Of a stretch of 64,000 bases of DNA, positions 13,407 to 26,956 are shown piece by piece (position 1 is the first letter of the stretch; each line of letters opens with the position of its first letter). Both the position numbers and the translations under genes were made by a program. Below the pieces are notes generated by a model. The model was not told the origin of the DNA and ran no database searches. It was given only the letters and a program-made list of their open reading frames with translations. The stretch is from Lingula anatina (taxonomy: Eukaryota > Animalia > Brachiopoda). The stretch covers positions 930,001 through 994,000 of the forward strand of contig CM120646.1 of the NCBI GenBank assembly GCA_051362555.1. The letters are read 5' to 3'.

Positions 13407-16342
13407 TCTTGACCTATTTATCTGCCCTTTCAATTTGTAAACTTTCGCCAATTAACAAACATTACTGCTGTCCGAGCAATTGAATGAATATTCATATGGG
13501 GGTTGGCGAAAACGACCGAGGGCTACGTTTAGCACAGAAAGAACACAACAAATATTCGTTCAGATATCATTTTCTGGAAGAATTAGATGAAACCTTTTTA
13601 TGTTTCTTAGAGATATACAATTTAAAACTAAATGATGGCATTTTGTTGGGTTAATTGGCGAATGTTTCACTTCAAATGTATCTTAAAACCTGTTTCTTTC
13701 TGGACTAACAAAACATTTGTTTATCTTTGTGCGTACTTCATTCTCATTAGAACTAAACGAGTGACGGGACACTTTTCTTGTATTGTTCTTGAGGAGCCAG
13801 GTGATCCAGCACATCTGATGCAACGCACATTTGCATAAGTGATAACTTTTTGGTTCAGGGCTACTCCCATTAGTTTGAACGTTTCATTTCATTCGGCCCA
13901 TTGTGTCCATAGGAAGAACACGCAGTATACCGAGTATTCTTTCTTTTTGGTCAGTTATTTCTAGTTTTGATTTGTTACTTAGAATTTATGGCTTAAGGAA
14001 TGGCAGAAATGGTGAGTTTTTTTAATACTGGTTATTGATTATTAGTGATTATTGAAATTAATAAGTTTTGTATAAGTTGATTTATGCATGGTAAATCACG
14101 GGAAGTGAGTGTATTCTTGTAGGCCTAATTTTTTCTCTTCTTTTTTAGTGTCCTGCGTGAAATAAAACCAAGATCCAGTAAACAACTTCCCTCAGCCTTT
14201 TCTTTGACTGTATAGTCCTCGCGTCGTACATGCTCTTTCCAATATGTTACGTGGATCCTAGGTTTATTTGAGCAGTTTTTGCCACGTTTGACAAACCAGA
14301 CCGTACTGTATCGCCATCTGGCGGGGAAAAGGAAAACAGTCGCCTCTGCTGCAATCGGAAGCATAAATTGTGGCTCAAGATTTGTAAATTTACAGGTATG
14401 AAGTGGACAGGTGATTTTATGTGAATGGAGACCGACGATGATATATACGACATGGAAGACTTGAGCTAAACAGTTTGCGGATGGCTAATGTTGCTAACTA
14501 TCGTGATGAGATTTTTAGGCGCACTCGTCACCTCCAGTCTGTGACTTACATGCGAATTATAAGGATATTGTCACCTTTCGCCCAAAACTCCTTAGTAACT
14601 GCCCTAATTATTTTTGGTAATAAACATTTACACATTTACACATGTCATCTTACGGGTGACACCATAATTGCGATTTTGGGGTAAAACTGAAAAAGCGATT
14701 TCTCAAATCTCTCTTTTACCGGAGCACCCACTATCACCGTTTAAACGTTGATTTAATGACACTATTTAGTACTCAAAAACCCTGCCGGCAATTTTTCTCA
14801 AAAGTTTTAGTTCAGATTTTATCGTTGATTAAGCAAATGAATACCTTTGTTCATTGAAAATCTGTAATTAGGTGCTCATAACTTCATTACAAACATTTTA
14901 AACAAAATATCGGCACGGGATTGTGGCCCAAACACTCGCGGTAAAGTCTGCCAATTTTCTTGATAAAATCTTGTTCAGGGATGTAGTTACGTCCCATACC
15001 GATTGCTATCTCACCTCAAAATAGATAGCTGTTAAATCGACGATTTAAGTTTCGAGTTGCCCATGCTTATACATCGCAACGAGATATATAAACGCTGATA
15101 TTCTATATGTTCGACGGTTTTTACTATTATAAATTGGCACAAAAAGATACGTAACTGAATTATAAGATGCATGAAAAACCTCATTTTCGGTATCTGGATG
15201 ACAATAAAGGGCTACAATACCCTTTCTAAACCAAATGTATTTGTTTCAACAAACTTAAAAATTATTTAATGTCCCTTCTCAATTTGACAAACACAAAACA
15301 GAGTAGATGAACTATTTATTAACAATTATACGTGTGGCTCTCAGCCCAAAATTCAAGACCACAACCCTCAACCATTTATCTATAGAGATATGGATGAACT
15401 CACAGTGCAAGGGTACGTATATAAACACTTAACAGATTGAATGTGCTTAATTTTCACAAATGTAATCTTAAGCACAGTAAACAAGCACTCGTTCAAACGC
15501 ATACATTTATATCCTTGCAAGCACCATAAAAATCCAGGACAAATATATACTGTCAGTTCGTTTTCGTTTAGCTTTTTTTTAATCCGTATAATTTGCACTT
15601 AATGCACTGATTAGTTTATCTGTGCATAACTATTGTTCATACTCCCCCTTTCAATATTATCGCTAAAATAATAAGGTGAGGCGTTTTTTATTCTCCTCAT
15701 CTTTACCCAATGTGTCTCTTGTTACATACTAGCATACATACTTACACATGAACTTAATTATTCTTCAGTATTTGTTAAAAAAATCCCTAAGGCTTAGATT
15801 TGAAGCCAAAACCTGACGTCAGACTTTGGGAGACGTGGCCCCGTTGTACAAGTGGAGATTGCAATCAAAAGGTTTCAGCAGGAGCCTGTGTGGCAAAGAT
15901 CTATTCATCTCAGCTGTATTCATACATTTCAGCTGTTTAACATAAAAAAAAAGTTCCAGGTTTAAGTTGCAGGCTGGGAAAGGGGGGAGAGTTATACCTA
16001 ACCCCCTATCATCCGGGTAAGAGGTGCTCCATACCCCCCCCCGACATTTTTGTGTTTTTTTTTGTCTCTTAATAATTACTTGTTAGTACTTGCTCATTTC
16101 CAATTCCTCCAGAAGTTACTTTTCCTTCAGTCAGCATCTAGATGGTGGTAAAAATAACTTCCTTGTAGGTCGCCAACATCACTCCCACCTCAAATCCATC
16201 AAACCTTTTTCTCAGCCTACGACCATATTAACGACTTCTATATATTCATCAAGTTCTATATATGGTAGACATATACATATAAATATCACAAATCAGATTA
16301 ATTATCAAAGTTACATTAGCATCTTAAACTATTAACACATTT

Positions 16343-17172
16343 AACTAGAGGATCAGAGAGGCGATACCGCCTCCTGGTATTGTACCACCAGCTGGAGTAA
16401 GCACATTCGTATGGGAAGGAAAAAGAAGGGGGAGGGGTTGACAAGCTGTATAAAATGCAGTAAACAAGGGTTATCATTTTACATAGATAATTTTTTTTTA
16501 AAATCAGGTGGGCAAAAGTAAAAGGTCAAATACAAGGATGTAGTATCATTGTGAATGTAGGATTTCCTCACTAACTGTGATGGAAACAATATTTGAAATT
16601 TTGTTTATATTTGGGTTAAACCGTGCTGCCTTTTATTCTGTAGTTGATATTGGCCTACATGGGCAACATCGTATATTCTTTATTTTTGTGCTTGTTTGTA
16701 TCATATATATTAATGAAAATTTAAAAATGGGTTGATGCAGCTGTTTTGACATTTAAAATAATTAGAATATCAAAACTGGGAGAGAAATTATAATTTAGGA
16801 AATTGAATCCACCCAAAAAGTGAAAAGCTTGTTTGGGTAGTGCTGAAAAAAAAAAGATAAACAACAAAATATAGTTGAATCTGCGTGATGCGCCAAAATC
16901 CTTGGCAACGAATGCCTTGACGACCAGGAAGAAAGGCATTGAAAGCCCTATTGACAAGCACAGTTTTTAGTTTTACTACAATAACAGCTGTTTTAGTGGT
17001 GAAATGCAGTATAATATATTTCCGTGTGTTGTTTAGAATGTATTTCTTGCGGAATTTTGAATCTCAAAGGAAGAGTTATTATTGCTTTAAATGTACACAT
17101 GTACAGCTGACCAAATGGGTACTAATGTCAAACTAATCATGCATTAAAGCAAGTATATCTATATATAACTGC

Positions 17173-17224
<52 letters not shown>

Positions 17225-18734
17225 GGCAATCAGTTGGCTTTTGTGGAAAAAAAACTGCCTATTCATGCATCTGTAGGGTGGGAAAATTTGCAAACTATAG
17301 TTCATGGTGAAAAATAGGTCAAAGGTCAATTTCAAAGTAAAAGTTTCCCAGTATATAACTTCCTATTCAAGATCAATAGCAACTATTGCCAGTTTTGGAG
17401 ATATAAGGGAGGGATTTTTTTTTAGTGCAGTTCATTATGAAAAGTAGGTCACAGATCAATTTGAAGGTCAGAGTTAGACTGCCAGTGAAAAGAAGGTCAA
17501 AGGCTAATTTCCAAGTTACAGTAAGACCCCATTTCCACAGATTATAAATCGATCTATCCCCATGGGGAGTCTCACTAGATTACTGTCAGCATAGCTGGCT
17601 TAAATGCCTGTCCTGCCTACTAAAAGCTGTAAGGGAATAATTAAATTCCGTGTGCGGTCGGCTAACTGCAGGGAGTTAGGTCGATCAAGTAAGATCGATC
17701 TTAATCTCTGGGAATGCGCTCTAAGATTGTCAGTATATCACTTCCTATTCAAGTTCAATGGTAACTATGGGTGTATCTCTGCTAGTTTTGATGATATAAT
17801 TAAGGACCAGAAAACTTGCAAAGTGAAGTTCATCATGAAAAGTAGGTCAAAGGTCAATATCAAGGTCACAGTTAGATTGCTAGTTAATGACTTTCTATTC
17901 AAATTCTATGGGCGTATCTCTGCTAATTTTGGGAGTGTTATTTCATTTTATGTTAACTACTGAATATTGCATTGTTGTACTATTTAATAAAGTGCAACTC
18001 CTAAACCGTATGGAAAATAAGAAAATGGACACCACCTCCAGTATTGTGCTTGACAAGCTGTACTAAATGCAAAAAACAAGACGTCTCTAGTGTAAACAGT
18101 TCCACAATTACAGAGTTTTTAGTTTTGGCATCAAATGACTGCTTCTCCGGTGAAAATGCACCGATTGACCCCAAACCCATGAAGATGAAGGGAGTCCCTA
18201 AATAGTAGTCCCCACTGTAATATGAAAGCTTAGGTCTGTGTAGTTTCTGAAAATTGGCACAAACAATTCTTTTTTTGCAGAAAATTCCCATTTTTAGAAA
18301 ATTTTGGCCTGTTTGACCTTGAAATAAAGGTCAAATGTCAAATCCAAGGGCATATTTGGAAACTCCATATATGACTTTTGGTCAGACCTCAATAGTAACT
18401 TTTTCCATAATTCCTTCAGTTTGGGAGATATTTAGCATCAAATTTTCAAAAATTTTGACAAGGGTGCATTTCAGTGAGCGTCACACCCAGACCAATGCAC
18501 TAACTGAGACAAAAATACCAGGGGGTTCAAGTTGAGATTATATGTGACCTAAATCCAAGAGATGGGGACACAGGTCCCTGCGGTCTAGGAGGAGAAGCGG
18601 TAACGGTGACTTGTTTCCGGCGCCCGACTGCGGAGCCGCAGGAGCCGGCGGAGCCGCAGGAGCCGGCGGAGCTGTACGAGACGGGCCGGGACTAAAACCA
18701 TGAGTACCGCCAGCGTATACGCTGGTGGTACTAA
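16343..18734 (-). mobile_element. Helentron-associated non-autonomous element (HINE), copy 1
   Basis: 5' subTIR/hairpin GTACCACCAGCGTATACGCTGGCGGTAC, GC-rich minisatellite, internal degenerate tandem repeats, 3' subTIR with palindrome GAGGCGGTATCGCCTC and a CTAGTT end. Homologous to 61839-63709. Confidence 0.8.
17525..17721. mobile_element. MITE family C nested in HINE copy 1
   Basis: TAA TSD; removing it restores the HINE repeat unit (acagtaagattgtcagtat). Confidence 0.75.
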
Positions 18735-20111
18735 TTAATCTGAAAAATCCTTACATATTATCTTCTTATCCATGATGAAATTAATGAGTATTAGGTTAAA
18801 CAATTAATAAAATATTCCAATTTTCATAACAGTTCTTCATTTAATATAAAAAGGCAGCTGAGCTAAGTACATTATAAAGAAAATGCATAGAGAAACTTGA
18901 TATTTATCTACTCGCATAAATATAATGACAATTATTTAAATTTCAGACATACATGCATAGAACATGCTTTTTAAGTAATGTCTTCAGCTTTAGAAGCTAA
19001 ATGTTTCACTTGACATAAAATCTAGACAGAGAACTTTTACAAAACAAAATAATTATTAAGACAGTATTTGATAACATTTGTTTTGATTCCACCAAATTTG
19101 CACAATTTTAGGAACATTTTTTCCTATTTTTGATATCTAATATCTACACACAATATTTTGAAGACAGATTCTCTAAAACTTTTGGAGACAAGATTTATAA
19201 AATAAATAAGCATAGCTGCTTAAGTGTACTCTATACCTATTCGTATATGTCCACAAGTCACTTTTTAATTTCTAAACATTCTGCAAAGCTCTTCCTCTTT
19301 CCAAAATTCAGACCTTGAAAATACTAAAACCCCTTACATTATTGACTCAGTACAGTGTGTGCTTTGTGAAACATAAAGAAGACAAATGGCGACCTAAATG
19401 AATCACAAATTTATGTAGAACACATTTATTGATTAAAATAAGAAAACATTCAATCAAGTGCAAGAATGGGTCCAGCAATTATTTGTGAGTGCATTAAAAT
19501 TGCTCTTTTTTGCCTGATGAAAATTTGGTGCAAAAAAAAAAAAAACTTAAGCCATAAACTATAACCTTAAACTTTACTATAATCTCAAGTCATAAACTAT
19601 AGAATATTGTAAACAGATAATATGTAAACTGAGGTCTGTGAACTACTGCTTTTCTTTCTGCTGAAAACATTTTATTTGATATGATAACACAGAATAATCT
19701 AATGCTAAAATAAATGATAAAAGAAAATGGTAGAGATATGCAATGGTACTGGAAAATAAATAAGTAAATAAATACATGTAACTGGTCTTTTTGAAGCACC
19801 TGAAGTTATCACTTAACTACAAAATAAATAAATAAATAAATAAATAAATGAACAGATGGAATTGATACCTCGTTTTCAAGCTTTTGATTTATGCAACCTT
19901 AACATGGTCAAAAATAAGATCGACTTATTGTGTATTAGTTTTTACTCCAGTATTTGTGACAGAGACTGCAAACTAACCTACCACCTTATATCATAAGTAG
20001 GGGTTCATTAAAAAATTAAGAAAATGCCACTGTCATACTATTTCATTTGCCAGACTTACAAAAGTCATCTTACACAAGTCATCTAACTGAAGTCATCTAA
20101 CAGAGGCCATC

Positions 20112-23100
20112 TCACATGAGCCCCACTGTCAGCTCAAATCTATCCACCACTGAGCTCCCTGTGAACGATGTGATCTTTGTCTGCGTCTCTTCCTCTACAG
20201 ACTCTAACAACGCTGGTGTGGACCCGTATCCCTCACTGTCTATACCATAACCGTATGGCTGGCGAAATATAGCCACTAGAGGGAGCTTGGGGCTGTCTGC
20301 TGAGCCATGACGAGCTGGTACCACAGTTGAGTACATGTTTGGAGAGAACTGGAAAATAAATTCACTTTTATCATCTTTGATGGATCTTCAATAAAGAAAA
20401 TGTACATAAGAAGTGAATTAATAATGTTTATGATATATAACCAGAAATTATCAAAAAAAGTTTCAAAATTGCTAAAACATTACGATGGACAAAACATATG
20501 GACCTCTAACTATAAATTCCCTGTTAGCTTGAAGATACTGCAGCAAGGATGACTGCCTCTAGTCCATATAAAAGTGGCAGGTAAGCTGACCCTCACAATT
20601 TATCAAGAGACCTGGCCCCCGTTTTACAAAAAAACTTAGGCCATGTTACCTGGCTAAGAACTTAATTACCAACGTAACATGGTCACATGTGCACATCTTA
20701 CCCTATCAGGACACAAGTTACAGCACCCTCATGAAAATCCTAATCAACTAATTGATTTATTTATTTATTTATTCAATTTTTGAGTGTGTGTGTATGTGTG
20801 TTAAATTGAGTCCTGGCCTATGAATGCCTCGACTTAAAATATCTTACCAATAAAATTTCAGACACGTTAACTCCGACAGGAACATCAACAGTCCATTGCA
20901 CAGCCTCAAATGAGCTCAGCGCCAGCACCACCTGCTTGCTAGAATTCCCCTCTCTGGTGATGTTCACCGTAATTCCCCTCATCTCCACACTGTTCTGCAT
21001 CTGGTGCAGTAGACTATTGCTCGTGTACGCCGCTAGGATGTGCACCTCGCGTGGACTGCTGGGCTGGAGGTTCAGACAGCTGTATACAGATTGGGTGGTT
21101 TTGAAGGTTGTTGTCGGGGGCGCTGCTACTCTAGACTGGTGAGGCAAGACATGACAACCTGGGATCTCAGCTAAAATAGTTCATTAATTCACTTTCATTA
21201 CTGCACTGGCTTTTATGAATAATAATCATAATAGTAATGATTATAATGATAATGATCATCATTTATTTATAAATATTTGAGTCGTTGTGCAATAAATGTT
21301 TTCTCAACTACCACAATATATCCATGTAAAGTCTGGCAGAGGTTTGAGTAGTCTGATTGCTTTTCTACCTGTATTTAAAAGATCTAAAAATTAACAAAAC
21401 TGCTAAGATTTGGACAAATGTCTCAGTCATGCTTCAATAAGACTTGGGGATTGACCTCAACTCTTGAATTGGCTGAAAGCATCTTGAGCGTAATCACAAA
21501 AACTGCTTCTTGGAGAATCTGATTTTTAAAACTGGCTATAACCAGATTAAAATGAAACTGCAATTAGAGATATGAAATCAACTTTTAGAAGCTATTTGAC
21601 AGCAGCTGCTTACGTAAACATGTGTAGGAATTGTACCCTTCCCCGTAGCATCTACAGTGACCTTTCACGCAGCAGGAGCCGTAGATAGCACCGCCCTCTG
21701 GTGTCTGGCACTGATTGGACGGACACTGGAATAGCCAGGATGTGGTCCCTGAAACGTATGATACTATGTACTGGAATGGCACATGACGGGATGTGATGAG
21801 ACATGACGTAGCTGTTGTAGTGCTAACACTCACTAATTCGGCAAAATGCTAAGAGTGTATTCAGAAGAGCAGACTAACAGATTGGCAGATCAAATATGGT
21901 GACCCACTAAAAAGCTGCTAATTTGTCTCTTAATTCTCGATTAGACACTGAATTTATTCCCTACGGGGATTTCTCAACAAACACTCAAGTGAGTCAGCCA
22001 TATTTTTATCTGCGGATCTGTTAGTCCGCTGTTCTGAATGAGCTCTAAAACTTCTTAAATTTGCTTTAAAAACTGGGTTCATTTCACTTGTTTTAGTCAA
22101 GTTGAAACCATTTGGAGAAGAAAGTGATGAATAAGTAGTGTTTTGGCTAAGCCCCAAAAATTGCTGAACTACCACAGTCAGCATTGCATAGGATAACATA
22201 CATAGTACTAAATCATAACACAAAGTAACATAAAATGACATAACATGATAGTAAAATTAGCATAGCATAGCATATTATAACAAAAAGTTGTTTAAAATGC
22301 AGAGTTCATGCAGTATATCAGTCAGTGTAATAGTCATCTACTGTATGTCAACCCTACATCAATAAAATATCTTTGATTCCTCAAAAATCAAAGGATTACA
22401 CATAATGCCTCATCTAACCCCAGGCTTAAGCCTCAACTTATTTTCTACAGCAAAGACCTCAGGCAACCTCCATTTCCTTCTACTACCAATTATATTGACA
22501 TTTTTTTCATGGAGAAAACAAATGAGCATAATGACAAGGCCATGCCCTAGTCCCATCATTTCCTGGGGGTTTATTCCCGCCTTACCATTTGACTGGTCTG
22601 GCGCCGTGTAATTTTCGTTGCAAATCACAGTTTGATCTGAAATGCATTCAATCAATAATTATTGTCATCAAATAAGCTCTGATGTCGAAATTCTAAGCTC
22701 CCAGTTTTTATTTTAGAATAGAAATTGAACCATTTGCAAAAATTGCTCTCTTTATTGTCTACTTTAATTTACTAGTGTACTAGTACTTTTATGTATGATG
22801 CCTGTGTTGAACTCAATGCTAAAACTCCTATCACAGGGTTTAAATGACCATTATCAATAAAATGAAGGGGAAACATCTTAAATAAAATTAAATTCTGTAC
22901 ATAAGATCATAAAATTCTTTAAACTTTTTTGTCTGAGAATGAGATGACAACACTTGGTGTTGGGAGTATCTGATTTGTATCTGCCATTAATACAAGTGTC
23001 CCAACTACCAAATTTATTATCAACTTCTGTGAAAGAAACATCAAAACTATACTTACTTCCAAAAAAATATTTTTCCTAAAATAAATAAAAAACAAAATTA

Positions 23101-24651
23101 TATTCAATTTGATAAATCAAGCAGTTAAATTGAAAAATACATGTCAATATCAGTTTTATTTGTTCCTTTTGATGGCATGACTCTGAGTAATAAAAAATTC
23201 AGGAAATAAACCTGAAAATAAATATTTGGCGTTTATTTGATGAACCAGAAATGCCAACAACAGTTATCCTATCACCACACAGTTATCATATCCACAGCAG
23301 ATCTTAATCCAGCCAACACCTAACACAAATCTCTCACAGTTTTATGCAAACACAACTGCCATGTACATCTTGAAATTATCAACACACTATTTTCATCTAT
23401 CATTTGGGATTGTTTGAAAAATTGTCCTGTGTTTGATGTTGATATAGCTTTCATTCAGAACGTGACAAATGATACTTTTCACGCCTTCCTCACTTCCAGA
23501 AATGAAGTTATTACGTACACAACAATCCTTCATGTTTCAATGTGCGCTACTTATGATATTGATCGCGCTGAAGCCACTTTTTAATGCATCCGATTCATGC
23601 ACTGTGACAATGAGCTATGACGTCAGCATTACCAGTGTTACTTATCTCTATAATCTGACAACAATATTTACAATAAAGTTTTTGATCACAGACTTGGATG
23701 TTATGACAGTGCTGAGGTAGAGAGATCAAACACAATGGGTGTAATCCCCCCCCCCTTCCCCCAACTGCCTCTGGTTGTTTAGGGAGTTAAACCTTGGAAC
23801 CAGTTAGTTTTACTGTCAAACTGAAAAATTTCTAGCTCTAACTTCCATTTTTTCAAATTGCATCACAAAAACCTTTTCTTCAGGGCAATTTACATGATAA
23901 ATACTGAATCAATTTTGACTAAGTAACGCTCAAAAGCCATATCGTGTACAAATATGATCACACATTCATTCCACTTTGGTGCTTCTTCACTTTATTTGAC
24001 AATTGCAAATTGTCCATCCTCCTAAGGCAGACCTCAAAAAACATCCAAAATACATTTATATATCTTCATTCAAACTACAAAGACTGGAAGTACTCATCAC
24101 CAATAAAATAACTGTACGAGTACTCATCAATGTTGAGCACAAGACAGTAGATTGGAGCGCCTATGAATGTAAATCACATGTAATGCCTAATAAAGCTATT
24201 CCAAACAAGAATCAATGTCCTATCATAAAAGACATATAATAGCCCCATTATTGATCACCTCCTTACAGTAAATATCTCCCTCTGCCAACAGTCGATGTCT
24301 AAGAAAAAGGGAAAAGTGCACCTGTCAAGTAGCCAAGATTTCTAATCACCTTAGCCTGCCCCTCTGAGCCTGTAGGAGTCAGGCAAGGTGCTCTTTGAGA
24401 TCTCCAGTATTGATTGGGTTTAATTCACATGTCGATTGCAATACGTGTGATTGTGTAGAAGAGGCAGGAGGGTAGAATGGGGGAGGGAGAGAGAGAGAAG
24501 GGGGGTTGGAGGGGGAGAGAAAAGGAGGGGAGAAGAAGGGAGGGGAAAAGAGAGAAATGGAGAGAGGGGGGAGAAACAGATGGAAAGAGAGAGAAAGATA
24601 AAGAGATAGAGGAAAGACGGCAGGGAGAGAGATAGAGGCAGAGAAGGGAAA

Positions 24652-24690
<39 letters not shown>

Positions 24691-26400
24691 ACAGGGGGAG
24701 GGGAGGACTGAAAATGCCAAAAATCCCTCTAAAATTTCCAGACATCTGACAGGTTAATTGTTGATGTGAAGATGTAGCAGTTGGTGGTAAAAGGGGTAGG
24801 GATGGAAAGAGAGAGACAGTGCTAAAAGTAGCATACTGGCATATGTACTTCTCTAACACCCTGCCCAAAAAAAAAATCCATTGCCCCCCTAACCAAAATC
24901 AAAGCTTATTTCATTCCCTTCTTTGCTTGCTCTGAGGATTTGACAACTACCTCTAAAAAAAGAACCAATCCTTAAAATTTAGCTAATATATCTGTTAAAC
25001 ATATTTAAAAATAAATAAATTGTGTTATTTGTGTATATTGACCACATTTACAAAGAGTCGCCATTAAATGTTTACCCACATATCACTATTGTCTAGCCTA
25101 ATAGTCTTTTTTCTTACAATGAGGTAAAAAGGAATTTCAGGAAACAATGCCTAAAAAAATTAATATATAAATAAAATAAAATAATAATAAAAACAACACA
25201 CTAACTTTCATAAAAAGAGCAACCAGGAATATACTACCAACACTTAAACTGCATATCTTTGAAACAAACTAATGCGGTTTGTAATCCCATAAGAATAAAT
25301 CGATCAATACGACATTAAAAAAGGATGCACATACTCTATCAAAGGCTTCATTGCAGCAACCAAGAGGCAGTAATCTAATCCCATTAGAACAACAGGAAAC
25401 TGAGCGCCAAGTTACATTAAGCCGTTGTTTTATTTAATCCGTGAACAATGAAGTCACTTTACGTGAGACGTTCACAGAATTTAGTGGCAGTAATTGTGTT
25501 TGCGACAAAGATTTGTGTTTAATGACCGTATGATCCAGAGAATGAAGAGTTAGAGATACACATAACGGAGATGAAAAGATAACTGACATCAAAATATCCA
25601 GGCCATTCATTTTGTGTAGTAAATGGTGGTTCATTTCTATGCCTACTGGAATCAAGCACAATTTTTCTTTGATATATTTTTTTGCGCATATTGATATTCT
25701 TTGTCGTGCTTAAAAATGGATCTGCTATGAGAAACAATAACACTATTTCAGTAATCCATGCTCCACTAAAAAGAATTCAAACCAAAACATATTGAACAAA
25801 ACCTATAAGTTAACAGGCAACCCCATCACAAATAATTTCCAGAGTAAGGCTCTATTTTCTAAATTCTATTTTCTATTCGCGGTATGTCTTATGATCACGG
25901 TCTGTGCCCTGAATATCCCGCAGCGTAATTACTGGCAGCGCGAGCCAGTTACTATAAGTTACTTTAAGTAACTGGCTCGCGCTGCCAGTTATTACGCCGC
26001 GGGATATTCAGGGCACAGACCATGATCATAAGATAGAGCAAGGAAAAAAACTTAAATTAACAATGAGCAAAATACCTAGATTAAGATGTCAGCATAACTT
26101 AAACTTACTACAACTTAAACAATATATCTGCTGATGGCTGCAACAGTCACATGCTAGTTCAGCCAAAGCAACCCACAATTTACAATGGAATAAAATTGTG
26201 CAGCATTCTTTAAGAAAAAAAATATATTAATTGTATTATCCAGATTGTGATGCTATTGTTTTTTTCCTCTTTGATGGGATATATGTACAGAGGAAGTGTT
26301 AAAAAAATGAAAAAAAAGCATGATGGGGAGGTGACATGACAATGGATGTCCCTTCAACAAATCACAGGATCTCCTCTCACACAATAAACAACAACAATAT

Positions 26401-26432
<32 letters not shown>

Positions 26433-26956
26433 AATAATCATTAATCAAGCATCAATGCAACTGAAAATTTATCAAATAAATTTAATTCATTGAATCAAAA
26501 ATTTTATAATGTGATCTTAAACAAATAAAATTAATTTTAAAAAAGGGAAAAAATCACTACAGTACTGTATTTAATATTTCCTTTTCTCACCTTTGTTCCT
26601 TGTGAGGTGTCTCTCCAAACAGCAAAATACATAACAACACAAACAACCCCTGCCAAAACTCCAGCAGCAATTATAACACCAACAATAGCATGACATATTT
26701 TTTCTTCCTTCGATAACTCGGAGGAGGATGAGTCCGTTTTAATACTCCATGTGTCCGCGAGCTGAAGGTCACTGGCCCCAAGGTCACCCGGAAGGTCAGA
26801 TATCGCCACCCCGTCCGCTTCTCGGTGGACACTGTTATCGTGATCCCGCATGTACGGATAGGGGTATTTTCTAGCACCGCCATTTTGAATGGGTTTGTAC
26901 ATTTCTTCCTCTCCCTGGTCTCCGTCTGTAAAACTCGGGTTGCTGTATTCCATCAT
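20112..26956 (-). CDS. Type II single-pass membrane protein (~360 aa): cytoplasmic tail, TM, EGF-like module, betaglycan/endoglin-orphan-like domain
   Basis: Exons (minus) 26956-26591, 21770-21614, 21170-20848, 20348-20112 are all GT-AG and phase-compatible (0,1,0), 1083 nt in total. TM AIVGVIIAAGVLAGVVCVVMYFAVW. EGF-like CPSNQC...CCVKGHCRCYGEGYNSYTCLP. The exon-2 acceptor is uncertain (alternative at 21748) and extra small exons are possible. Confidence 0.8.
21853..22045. mobile_element. MITE family B copy
   Basis: Inverted termini gagtgtattcagaa/ttctgaatgagctc; TAA TSD. Confidence 0.75.
24457..24707. repeat. ~250-nt almost purine-only low-complexity tract
   Basis: G/A-rich plus strand with G-runs and GA repeats, inside intron 1 of the type II membrane protein gene. 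Confidence 0.85.
25850..26035. mobile_element. MITE family A, internal palindromic portion
   Basis: gatcacggtctgtgccctgaatatcccgc...gcgggatattcagggcacagaccatgatc inverted repeat shared with 777-968. Confidence 0.7.

Noticed and set aside
14000-14017. ATG GCA GAA ATG|gtgagt candidate first exon on the plus strand
   Set aside because: No downstream coding exons could be identified.
17604-18535. Several 66-119-aa ORFs inside HINE copy 1
   Set aside because: No Rep/helicase or transposase motifs; they span tandem repeats and a nested MITE.
24379-24868. 113-aa and 147-aa Ser/Leu/Pro-rich ORFs
   Set aside because: They are translations of the low-complexity CT tract.
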